A DNA stretch of 64,000 bases from Octopus sinensis (lineage: Eukaryota): the NCBI RefSeq assembly GCF_006345805.1, contig NC_043001.1, positions 13,516,001-13,580,000 of the forward strand. The letters run 5' to 3'. The stretch's first letter is position 1. Each line of letters starts with the position of its first letter. The position numbers were made by a program, and so were the translations under genes. The notes beneath the pieces are model-generated. The model ran no database searches. It was not told where the DNA came from and worked only from the letters and a program-made list of their open reading frames with translations. Below are positions 37,633 to 49,670 of this stretch, in pieces.

Positions 37633-37930
37633 AAACTCTGTACTTGGAATGACCAATTTTAAATACTATTGGATTTTACTCATAAGGTATTTAAAGCTTA
37701 TACCATTCTGCCTAAATAATGGATCTACAAATTCAATATCCCTGCATATCTCATATCTATTTTCATTCCTCCACCTCACTCTCTATTTCGTATCGTGTCT
37801 TAATTAACTATTGCTTAACCATCTTCTCACACCGTCTCCGATGAAGGGTATAATAAATATCCTAGAAACAGCTGTAAGACCTATTTATGAATGTTTTAAA
37901 ATCTACACAGCCTTGGTTTTTTATCTCATT
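37633..37930 (+). repeat. ~295-bp direct repeat (partner 35615-35909) with a degenerate hammerhead-like motif
   Basis: GTCT CCGATGA AGGGTAT-AATAA-ATATCCT AGAAAC AGCT GTA AGAC at 37834-37880. Confidence 0.75.
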
Positions 37931-38102
37931 ACGGAAAATTTGTTTTATATATATACACAGACCTACGTTGGACCCCTTATTCGCATAATCACCGAAACTG
38001 GAACTTAACTATGGTCTATCCATAAATATATATATATATGTATGTATATATGAATGTATGTATATGCATGTATGTATACATGTATGTATGTGTGTTTGTG
38101 TG

Positions 38103-38135
<33 letters not shown>

Positions 38136-38155
38136 ATGTGTGTGTGTGTGTGTGT

Positions 38156-38195
<40 letters not shown>

Positions 38196-39095
38196 TATGT
38201 GTATTTAAAGATATTATTTCTGTGGAAGTATATCTTAACACGAACTGAAAAATCTGGCTCCAATTCAGACCACTTTTACCTTTTCCTGCCTTCTTTCCGG
38301 CTAACTTTATCCTGTCTTTCTTCCCGTCTCCAAACAGGATGACTGCGGTAGTTCAGACAATCAATCACACACACACACACATACGCGTACGCGCGCCTAT
38401 ATGTGTGTTATAAAGTATATTGGTCTATTTTATTTACGCCCGTAACGCATTCATGCTAGAGTGAGAACGTGACGTGTTTCTAAGATACAGAGACTCATTA
38501 ATAGCGTGTCTCTTTATATGTATTTCGGAGACATTAATCATGTGTGATATAATTGCATTTCTGTGTCAAATTTTTATCTGTTAGATTTACAATTCCCTAA
38601 TAGTATCATATGTATTCCAACTCAGTAATTACTTGAGGTGAATCAGTGAGTAATAATGTATACTGCCCACAGGGACACACACTATCTACCACGTATGGCA
38701 TTACTTGATACCAAGCCTATAAATACTGACGGAAGTAATTGTTTCAATAATTTGCTTGGAGAAAAGTGTTTGACATTTGTAGGTCTTGTTCGTCATTACA
38801 TACGTGTTTGGTGATAATCACATATTTACAGCTTTCTAGGTGTGTTAAGTGTACTTTAAAACACGTATAGTCATTGTCACATGTTGATTTAATTGCATTA
38901 AAATATTGCGTTCAACTGAATTCTTTTTTTGCTGAAGTGTGAAGAAACCAGACTAAAGAGAATTGTCAATTACTTTAATAAATTTGGCAACGATGAGAAA
39001 GAAGAGCTCAAAGCTTATGTTGTGGTAAACAAGCATTTCGTTCCAATTGCCTCTGCATCATAATAGCATTAACATTTTAAAGGTTGCGCTCTAAA

Positions 39096-39490
39096 TCTAT
39101 ATATATAAAGCTGAAGTTGTCTGTGGGTGAATGGCAGGTTTGGTAGCCTTCAACTAGCACTATCTCCTCCGAGACCCTGCGGTACAAGTTGACCAAAATT
39201 GATAGTATGATAGAAAAAGGCTTGCTCTTCATTTCGTAGAAGAAAAAATTCAAATTGGACCATGTTAACACCAAAAATTATTTCCATCAAAAAGGTGCTC
39301 TTTTTTCTATGAAAATCCCTATTTTTTACAATATTTTTACTGCTGTGTTGCCATTTTTCGGTGTATTTCAACCAGAAATATGTTCACTTAAAGAGAATAA
39401 TAAGCTACATAAGACAAAGTATGTACTTTTCAAAAATTACAATTCTAAAGGGTCGAAACAAACCCGAGCAACGCCGGGTGATACTGCTAG
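39096..39490 (+). mobile_element. Non-autonomous Helitron
   Basis: A|TCTATATATATAAA start, subterminal hairpin CCCGAGCAACGCCGGG, CTAG|T end. Confidence 0.88.
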
Positions 39491-40574
39491 TGCAAATGGA
39501 AAGATTAAAAAGAAAATTTGCATTAGTATCTAGAGACATTCAACAGAATTTGTTGTCTATTCAGTTGAACATTACGTGGCACTGCAAACATGCGAGTAGT
39601 GTGTATCGTATTTTCTAGACGTATGTGAATGACAAGAGGAGGAATGCGATGGCGAAGGGTTACGTTATTTTACATTTTGATCGAAGAACATTCTGAAGTC
39701 CATTTCGTTTCTAACACGTGTGGATTTGGTGAACGAATTTAGAAATGGTCCACCGAGACGTGTAAATCAACTACAATTTAATAGGTTGATTTTGGTGATA
39801 AGAAGAATCAATCAATGATGTGTATGAACTGACATAGATCTTATAACAGATTGCTTTTCAAAATTTTAATGAATGTCCAGTACTTTCCTACATCACATAG
39901 ATTTTAGTATGTCTAAGGTTGAACACGAAGAACGGTCACGTTGCTGGTGTTCTTTCCTTTCATCATCATTTTGTTGTATGACTAAGTATTTCGCTTTCCA
40001 GCTGTTTCACTTATTGCTCTTCCTTCTCTTCTTGAATCCTTCAGTTATAGCAGCCCTTTTAGGCTTTTAGTCATGTATGCGGGAAGGTGGACCTCACTAG
40101 TGCTGGTGCCATAAAAACAACCTCCAATATACTGTAATGTAGTTGGCATTAGGAAAGGTAAGCTGTGGAAAACATGCCAAAATAGGTATTAGCACATAAC
40201 ACAGTCCTCCAACTCATTCAATCCTGTCAAACTATCCAACTAGTATGGAAAATAGATGTTAAATCATATATATAGAGAGAGAGAAAGGGCGAAGCAAAGT
40301 AACATTTTCCCCTTGCTAGACGAGTTTCCAGTAATTCTTTGGATATTTATAGTCACTGGTAATATTCTTTTTTCAGAACACCCAACAAATGTTTTGCTAC
40401 CGAACCCAATATGGCAAGGCTGTTTGTGTCTTCCACTTTACCGGTTCTTCGTGTACAGTAAACAAGTGTCTCCTTAGTCTGTTGGCTATGGACATACGAC
40501 ACTTTCCATCCTATCCAGCAAAATATGCTGTAGGTTTTCATCACATAATCAATACTGGTTTCATATTTTGCCAC

Positions 40575-41170
40575 AAAAGCACCGATTTAGAGGGTGGGGG
40601 TGAGTCAATTGCATCAACCCTACTATTCAACTGGTACTTAATATATCGACATCGAAATGATGAAGGACAAAGTTTACCTCGGCGGAACTTGAACTCAAAA
40701 CGTAGCAACGGGAGAAATACCTTTGCCGTTTCGCCCAGCGTGCAAACGATTCTGCCAGCTCACCGCCTTAATAATAATTTCTACAATAGGCACAAGGGCT
40801 TGATTTTTTGGGGAGGAGTACAATCGATGACATCTACCCCTATACGCAACTGGTACTTATTTAATCAACCCCGAAAGGATGAAAGGCAAAGTCGACCTCA
40901 GCGGGATTTGAACACAGAACGTAAAGACAGACGAAGTGCCTATTTCTTTACTGCCCATAAGGAGCTAAACACAGAGAGGACAAACAAGGACAGATAAACG
41001 GATTAAGTCGATTATATCGACACCAGTGCGTAACTGGTATTTATTTAATCGACCCCGAAAGGATAAAAGGCAAAGTCGACCTTGGCGGAATTTTAACTCA
41101 GAACGTAGCGGCAGATGAAATACCGCTAGGCATTTCGCCCGGCGTGCTAACGTTTCTGCCAGCTCGTCAC
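40575..41170 (-). mobile_element. SINE family A cluster (dimer plus alternative-tail copy)
   Basis: Three family A bodies in reverse complement. Confidence 0.88.
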
Positions 41171-41214
41171 CTTGTTAAAAAGAATTATTATTAAGATTTT
41201 ACACTATTTTTCGT

Positions 41215-41600
41215 GGAGGCGCAATGGCCCAGTGGCCCAGTGGTGAGGGCAGCGGACTCGCAGTCGTAGGATCGCGGCTTCGATTCCCACACCGGGCGTT
41301 GTGAGTGTTTATTGAGCGAAAACACCTAAAAGCTCCACGAGGCTCCGGCAGGGGGTGGTGGTGATCCCTGCTGTACTCTTTCACCACAACTTTCTCTCAC
41401 TCTTACTTCCTGTTTCTGTTGTACCTGTATTTCAAAGGTGCGGCCTTGTCACTCTCTGTGTCTGAATATCCCCGAGAACTACGTTAAGGGTAGACGTGTC
41501 TGCGGAGTGCTCAGCCACTTACACGTTAATTTCACGAGCAGGCTGTTCCGTTGATTCGGATCAACCGGAACCCTCATCGTCGTAACCGACGGAGTGCTTC
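41215..41600 (+). mobile_element. tRNA-derived SINE family C, full length
   Basis: GGAGGCGCAATGGCCCAGTGG..TTCGATTCCC head (8-bp internal duplication TGGCCCAG); tail ..CTGTTCCGTTGA..CGTAACCGACGGAGT shared with family D. Confidence 0.9.
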
Positions 41601-41844
41601 CAAAAAACATGTTAAGCACTGATGCACTCTACAGGTGATATTTCTAGATTAGTATTGGTTGTATTACTTGGCTCATATGATTGTATTCCATTTGTAACCA
41701 AATACAGTGTTTGTTAAGCATTTAAATCTGACAACTTTATCGTGAACCACTCGGACGCCAGAAGTAAGAAAGCCAACAATCTTATTGTCGAGATTATATA
41801 GATTTCATTATTTGGAACTTAGTATCTTTCATCGTTGCAAAGTT

Positions 41845-41876
<32 letters not shown>

Positions 41877-41879
41877 CAC

Positions 41880-41964
<85 letters not shown>

Positions 41965-42181
41965 GTATATATATATACATATATAATATATGTCTATATA
42001 TATATATATGTCTATATATATATGTCTATATATATATATATGTATATATATTATATATATATATATATATTATGTCTATATATATATATATGTCTATATA
42101 TATATATATGTCTATATATATATATGTCTATATATATATGTCTATAATATATGTCTATATATATATATATATATATATGTC

Positions 42182-42256
<75 letters not shown>

Positions 42257-42530
42257 TATATATATATATATATGTCTATTATATATATGTCTATATATAT
42301 ATATATATATGTCTATATATATATATATGTCTATATATATATATGTCTATATATATATATGTCTATATATATATATATGTCTATATATATATATGTCTAT
42401 ATATATATGTCTATATATATATATGTCTATATTATATATGTCTATATATAATATATATGTCTATATATATATATCTATATATATATATATATGTCTATAT
42501 ATATATATATGTCTATATAATATATATATA

Positions 42531-42593
<63 letters not shown>

Positions 42594-42600
42594 ATACATA
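41845..42600. repeat. (TA)n-derived minisatellite with recurrent TGTC
   Basis: Dozens of TATGTC(TA)n units. Confidence 0.95.
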
Positions 42601-43445
42601 TATGTTATACGTTATTTTTAGTGGCTTCACTCAGACCTTATTTTTCTTCATCTAGCCTACATCTTTTGTGTCATTATTGGTTTTTAATCTCGTTCAAAAT
42701 CACTGATTCGTAGATTGAAGTTATCGATCGACCGCGGAATAGTTTGTACTTCCATCATTTTTGCAGTACACGTGCAAATTCCATTTTCCTGTGTTATTTG
42801 TTGTTTTTGCTTTACGGTTTATGTAAATTTTCCTTCTTTTAACGCATTGATCTCGAAGGTTATAAATTAAAATACGCTCTTTCTAATACTTACCAATTTT
42901 CTGTTGTTAGGTTCGTAGTTTCTGTTGCACGAATGTTGTATTCTAGTGGTAATTTTACATCTCAGAGATCCCCACTCCTGCTATTTCACTGTATATTTTA
43001 TATATTTCAGATAAGTGTATTATGTGTCCATCAGTTCGTGTACACCATCAGTAAATTTCTAGATTCGTTCTAAGATGTCCAGTTAACGTATATACAAGGC
43101 TATTATGTTTAAGGAATAAATTATGATGCAGAATGGGAGGGTATTTATATCTTCTCCCTTATTTCTAAAATTAAATTCTCTTTTATTATTAACCCCACGT
43201 TGCTACATTAGACTTTCCTAATTTTCTCCTCCATTTCTCTTTGAATTCGAATGTGTTAGATTCCTGGTAACATCTTATGTTACCTTCAATTTAAAACAAT
43301 TTGTTTGTTGTTAGGCCCTATCATGGGTCCTACGATTGCTTCTGATCGCCATGAGAAAGTGTTTAAAACTGGATGCAGTTAACTATTTTTAAACGTCCAG
43401 GGAATCATTAGTCTAACGGAAACGTGTACGAAGTTTCAATATATA

Positions 43446-44709
43446 CGAGGGGCGTTCAATAAGTAATGCCCCTGACCCACTTCCCATAGCAGTAGAGCAA
43501 CGAAACTTGGCACAGTTATTAGTCTTTTTCTACATAGAAACCACCCAGAGTTACGCATTTCTACGATCGTTTGATGCAGCTCTGGAGACCGTTTTTGTAG
43601 AAGACCCCAGCTAGGTCCTCCAACCTGAACGTGACTTCAGAAATCAAGGCTGCATCATCTGGGAAACGCTTTCCTTTCAAAAACAACCTCATGACTAGGA
43701 AGAGGTGAAAATCAGAGGGTGCAGGGTCAGGAAAGTAGGGGGATGGGGGAGGAGTTCATAGACATACGCCTGTGCTTCTGATCTGGCGACCATCGAGTTG
43801 TGGACCGGAGCGTTGTACTGCAGGAGGAGGGTGCCTTTGCTGATCTTGCCCCGCCTCTTGATTTTGATAGCTTCTCTTAATTTCATCAAAAGTGAAGCAT
43901 AATAGGCTCCTGTAATTGTGGTACCCTTTGCCAGGAAATCTGTCATCACTACTCCGTCCTGGTCCCAGAAGACTATGAGCATGACCTTGCTAGTGGAGGG
44001 CTGCACCCTTGCCTTCTTTGAAGGAGGTGAGTCACGGTGCTTCCACTGCATTGACTGGGCTTTTGTCTCTGGATCATAGTGATGGACCCAGGTTTCATCC
44101 TGTGTAATCAGTCTTTTGAAAAATGTTGACTCATCTTCTTGGCACATCTCCAAATTCATCCTCGAGCACTCGACGCATTCTTGCTTCCGGAACGGTGTGA
44201 GCAACCTGGGAATCCATCTGGCAGACACCTTTTGCATATGCAAATGGTCATGAATGATTGGTACTAATCTTGACCTCATGGGCTATTTGGCGAATAGTTA
44301 TGCGTCGATCTTCCAAAATGGCAGTCTCAACTTGATGGACAGATGCCTCATCAATAGCAGTAGGGGTGACCAGATCTGGGAGCTGTTTCCACAGAGTTCC
44401 GACCATGTTTGAATTCACAATGTCAGCGTTTTACAAGGTCATATGATGGGGCATCATCACCATAAGTTACTTTCATTTCATCAAAAGTCTCCCGTGGTGT
44501 GCGTCCTTTCAAATATAAAAAGCAGATCACTGCCCGACACTCAACAGGCTTCATTTCACACTTGACTCAGTTCAAACACCTGTAAATCAGAAACCACAAT
44601 TAGTTCAGAGCTGTAATTTACCACTTAATCTATAGAGATATAGATAATTGCACAGCTAGATCAAACAACTGCAAGTGGGTCAGAGGCATTACTTATTGAA
44701 AGCCCTTCG
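43446..44709 (-). mobile_element. Near full-length mariner, same irritans-like lineage as 24653-25943, inactive
   Basis: Same TIRs, TA TSD at 43444 and 44710, 1264 bp; ORF 43695-44279 contains WIPRLLT and TQDETW; small internal deletions. Confidence 0.95.
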
Positions 44710-44764
44710 TACATTAACAATGGCATACACACACATACACTTTCGCGTGTATGTGTATTTGTAT

Positions 44765-45050
44765 GGCCAACTGGTTAGGGTCTTCCTCTCACGATCAAGA
44801 CATGGTGGTTTCAGTTCTTAGATCAGGTAATGCATCGTGTTCTTGAGCAAAACACGTCATCTCCTGTTACTCTGCAGTCACTTCGACACCTGAGGTGTGG
44901 TACACCGTGCGCCTGTTCGGAAAAACGTCGATTTGAAGGAGGGAGTCTGCTAATGTATGTCACATACATGTTATCACCCATTTGTGCAGGTCGCTCGTTA
45001 AAAAGCAAAGTGCTGAGCAGGCATACGTCGCCTTCGACGGGAGTGTCTAT
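44765..45050 (+). mobile_element. Old tRNA-derived SINE (CORE-like)
   Basis: ACTGGTTAGG..GGTTTCAGTTC..GTGTTCTTGAGCAAAACAC; diverged. Confidence 0.55.
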
Positions 45051-45095
45051 CATATACATATCATACACATATATGTATATGCACACGTAATATGC

Positions 45096-45146
<51 letters not shown>

Positions 45147-45189
45147 TGTATATATATGTGTGTGTATATACACACGTAACTCTTATATG

Positions 45190-45384
45190 TAGAGAGGAGA
45201 CATGGGTTAGTTGGAAATGGTGACTGTTATTCAGATTTGATACTGCAGTCAGTGCTCCTGCGCGAGACCCTACCCCGGCGCACTAGAAAAGGAAGTCCGA
45301 GGTTGATATATGTTGATGCCCTAAGGGCAGTCACTGGTCTCTGTGAGACACAGGACATAGCAGCAATGATGAGGGACAAAGACC

Positions 45385-45388
<4 letters not shown>
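45190..45388 (+). mobile_element. RTE-clade LINE, 3' end fragment
   Basis: ..SDLIL....RRTRKGSPRLIYVDALRAVTGL..QDIAAMMRDKD resembles the RTE C-terminal GRP..TY.D.L..DTGL...M.DR motif; followed by (TA)n. Confidence 0.7.
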
Positions 45389-45462
<74 letters not shown>

Positions 45463-45664
45463 ATGTATGTATGTATGTATGTATGTATGGTATGTATGTA
45501 TGTATGTATGATGTATGTATGTAGTATGTATGTGTGTGTGTGTGTGCGTGTGTGTGTGTACTTGTACGGTAGCATATGCGATTGCACGGTAGTGACTGCC
45601 TATGTATTACATTTTTTATTTGTGACATCACAAGGTTAAATATATTCTCTATTAAATTATCAGA

Positions 45665-45675
45665 CAGACAGATAA

Positions 45676-45756
<81 letters not shown>

Positions 45757-45757
45757 T
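45665..45757. repeat. (GATA)n/(GACA)n tetranucleotide microsatellite
   Basis: Seen directly. Confidence 0.95.
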
Positions 45758-46237
45758 ATATTCACCTTGCATGGTAAACGAATAAATACCTGAAAATTAC
45801 TAAAATATATTCTCGCTAGTGTTATATATTATTAAATTTATATTAATATCTGAAAGAAGAAATTGTCTAAAAGTTTGCATTTATTTAAATACCTTTTCTT
45901 CTCATTGTATACGCTCGTAATTCATCGTGTTGCTATAATGGAGGTACATTAAAATCTTTTACGTCTGTTTTGAAACAACGTTAACAAATATTAATAGCAA
46001 TACTATTAATATTAATAAAAATAACAACAAAAGCAAAGATTATGATAACGTCAAAGTTTATAATAACTTTTAAGTTATGGATTAAGCCTAACCATTTTAA
46101 TTATCCGCGCATAGCGGCAAGGCTATGTTATCACAGAAATGGCTGTGCGTATAAGAAGGTCGCTTCACATCAATTTGGTTTCAAGATCACTTTGCAGCAC
46201 ATTTGGTGTTTTTTTTACTATGACCCTAGGTCGATTA

Positions 46238-46616
46238 CAAGCTTGGGAACTTTTCGGCATTTTCTAGCGGTCTATTGCATTTCAATCTGTTTTAGCGTTA
46301 AGGTTAGGGGTGGGGGAAAGGGTATCTTTTTTTCTTCAGAAATGTAAATAAACCCAATCTGTTTCTTAAACGAGGGACATATTCATACGGCACAGAATGT
46401 TTTCACCTAAATAGACGTCATTGATTGGTTGAAATTGCAGAAATTGAAGAAGAAAAAAACAACAAATATCTTACATACTATAGAATTTTCTCAATAAAGC
46501 CAAGAGAAAGAGATGTTTTATAACACATTCTACCAGTATACGAAGTTTAAAAGTTTTTAGTTACCTAGAAATTATTTTTAAAAACTGCCGTTCAAACCGA
46601 AAAGATCCCAGGCTTG
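46238..46616. mobile_element. MITE with ~20-bp TIR
   Basis: Ends CAAGCTTGGGAACTTTTCGG and reverse complement CAAGCCTGGGATCTTTTCGG; TA on the left, TG on the right. Confidence 0.65.
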
Positions 46617-47385
46617 TGAGTACATTTGGTGAAACCCCCACCCTTCATAACCTATATTTTGGGGGCATTTTTTTTATGCCTCTGTAACATAGCGCTTTGG
46701 CAAAAGAGACGGATAAATTGATTATCAAAATTATGAAAACACGTATGTACTGGGGTTAATTGTTCGACTAAAAACTGTCAAGGCGGTACCCTTGGTCTGC
46801 AAACAATGAGTAAAATAAGTAAAAGAGAAAATAAAACACACCTTATTGCTTAATTCCGAAACCATATTGTTTTACCTCATCATATGATCGATCGCAGACA
46901 TGTTATAATAAAAGATTAATTCATGTAAATAAAAGTTTGTCTTTCGTGATTCCGGTTAGATTTGTTTAGTATTCAATAAATGTATCAAATATATGGTTTC
47001 AATTTTCTTTACAGTATCACGATATTTTATCTTCCATTATATTTCTAAAGTTCCGTACATATAGATTTAGCTGAAAATTCATAATCCAGTTGACAAATCG
47101 AAAAAAAACAATATTTTTTAATATCTTTAACGTCAACAATTACTCGAAGATAACAGCTGTAATCTACATATATAAAAGAAACATTATTTATTCAAGACTT
47201 GAAATTGTATTCTTAAGAAAATTGAAGAGGAAAACAAGTTTTCGCAGTTTTGTGGACTTGCGAGCAATCGTTTGTTTTTCTTCTTTTTTTTTTTCATCTT
47301 CTAATATTTCGACAGAGATGATAATAACGAATTCAACTTGCAATATGCTGTCAGTCTTTGTTGAAGATAACCTAGCATTCTATAA

Positions 47386-47612
47386 GGCGGCGAGCTGGCA
47401 GAACCGTTAGCACGCCGGGCGAAATGCGTAGCCGTATTTCGTCTGCCGTTACGTTCTGAGTTCAAATTCCGCCGAGGTCGACTTTGCCTTTCATCCTTTC
47501 AGGGTCGATAAATTAAGTACTAGTTACGCACTGGTATCGATGTAATCGACTTAATCCGTTTGTCTATTCTGCTTTGTCCCCTCTATGCTTAGCCCCTTGT
47601 GGGTAATAAAGA
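47386..47612 (+). mobile_element. SINE family A monomer
   Basis: GGCGGCGAGCTGGCAGAACCGTTAGC head through GGGTAATAAAG tail. Confidence 0.92.
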
Positions 47613-47807
47613 AAGAGATAGCCTGGCATTCTATTTCTCTTTTATCCTTTTATTAATTGATAATCTTATCTGATGAGTTAGATATAAGGTATAAGAAGAA
47701 TTTGCATTAGTATGTTTATAAGGGTATATATCATTACATCAACCGACACCTTGTAATACCTTCCGTATCATTACCAATCATAGTCACAAATTTCATCAGT
47801 AATATTT

Positions 47808-48160
47808 CTGAAAAAGAAATATAATTATTTCTAAAATCTCTCTAGAGGACACTACGACAGCATTATTAGGTATTAATAGTTATCGAAAAGCTAACATGGC
47901 AGTCCAGAAAAACAGGACGAATGCTGCCGTTGATTAGCTCCAGAAGGCCATCGCCTCTAGCCAGTAACGTGACACACAAACCTGTGTCCATTACAACCTT
48001 CGAACAGGAGAGGTCATCAGCTTCCCCATGCTGGTTCAAGCACCCACAGACTAGTTTTGGGGTATTTTCCCCTTATCAAAGTGGAGTAGCCGAACGCAGC
48101 AGGCATCACTCTCGACTGTCTGTTCGAAGGTTTATATATATTCAGTGGAACACATCCATA
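47808..48160 (-). mobile_element. Diverged single unit of the hammerhead-containing repeat
   Basis: Colinear with 33110-33298 and 32935-33090, including the AACCTTCGAACA / TGTTCGAAGGTT pair. Confidence 0.7.
48043..48086 (-). ncRNA. Degenerate type I hammerhead (U3-A8; G12 mutated to A)
   Basis: CTCCACT TTGATAA GGGG-AAAATA-CCCC AAAAC TA GTC TGTGGG; stem III palindrome ACTAGT. Confidence 0.6.
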
Positions 48161-48699
48161 TATTTCCTAACTTTTTTCTTTGATATTCTTCTTTATTGCC
48201 ATTTTCCAATCTGTATTTTTATCATTTACACAGGTAACAAGGCCACAACTGCGATAACAGAGAACATCAACCCTAATAGAACACATTATCATCAACACTA
48301 CCCTATCTTTGGCACCAACAAAATTTTATTATGCATAATTTCAAGGTCCCAAATTTATTTAAACCCCAATTTGGAAAATCAAAAAAATTAGTGGACTTAT
48401 TTTCTTTGACTTTTAAGTGATAATGTAAATAATTGCTATTTCATTAGTTTAGGATAAATATATTTATAGTGTATCGTAGTTCAAAAAAATTTCTAAAGCA
48501 AAAAAAAAAACTTTTTTAATTCAACACTAAAACTTAAGTCGCCGTCTATGAGTAACAAAAGCACAGCAGAAGATTATGGCTTCATTTAAACTCGAGAAGT
48601 TAACTGGTGTCAATGAATATAGCTTTAGAAACACGATTAATATTTAGAAACACGAATAAAAGTATAACGGTGATGTCTTAAGAAAAATATATAATTGTT

Positions 48700-49062
48700 T
48701 TATGGTAAACAGCTTGCTTTCCAACCACATGATTCTAGGTTCAGTCCCACTGCATGGCACCTTGGGCAAGTGCTTCTACTATACCCTCGGACCGACTAAA
48801 GCCCTGTTAGTGGGGATTTGGTAGACCGAAACTGAAAGAGGCCCGTCGTATATATATTATATATATATATATATAATATATATATATTATATTATATATA
48901 TACTTTATTTTAAGCAGCAGCGAAAATTCAACAAAATCTGTTACTCTGAGTTTCTCGTTGCCGTTCATCAGACAGTTTTTGCTAGAATGGAACTTATATA
49001 TTAATTCAATCTATACTCTTACAAACGTTACACCTGTTTCACATTTATGTGTTTACTCCGGT

Positions 49063-49108
<46 letters not shown>

Positions 49109-49215
49109 CTGCTCTCTTAGCCAGCGGGGTGGCGTCATTCGAAGGCTAAAACAATGCGAACGCATTGTGACCAGCGATGTGTAACTACATCTGATGGAAT
49201 GGTCGGTCGCGTGAT

Positions 49216-49248
<33 letters not shown>

Positions 49249-49670
49249 GTAAGTTCACAAAAGAAGAACAAACACAACAACGCCATTACGTGATACATGT
49301 AAAGTATTAGCAAACCGTGAAGGAAGGAAAGAAAGATAGTTTAACGTTTCGAGCAGACACTCTTCTTCGGTAACAGAGGAAAGCCCAATAGCAGGGAAGG
49401 CAGAGGAAGGAAATCGCCAACGATTCATATGTATGTATGTATTTGTGCGTTTGTGTCGGTCTTTGTACCCCTCACCTTCGCCTGACAACCGAACTGATGC
49501 TGGAGCCTTTACGCCGTGTCAGTCTCTTAACTAGCGAAAGAAAATGATAGAATAAGTACTAGGCTTACAAAGAATAAGAATTAGGGTCATTTCCTTGGAC
49601 TAAAACTTGTGAAGGTGGTGCTACAGCAAGGCTGCAGATAAATGACTGAAACAAGTAAAACAAGAAGAGG
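48700..49670 (+). mobile_element. SINE family B split by an expanded internal microsatellite with insertions
   Basis: Head at 48700-48850, diverged tail at ~49430-49670. Confidence 0.65.
49106..49222. repeat. Short GC-rich element embedded in (TA)n
   Basis: GGCCTGCTCTCTTAGCCAGCGGGG..CGTGATCACGTGA with pure (TA)n on both sides. Confidence 0.6.

Noticed and set aside
41785-42713. Long ORFs up to 213 aa (IYIY, VCVC, poly-I/L/N types, here and throughout the window)
   Set aside because: They are translations of microsatellites that lack stop codons by construction.
46296-46320. GTTAAGGTTAGGGG telomere-like motif
   Set aside because: There is only one TTAGGG, and it lies inside a MITE.
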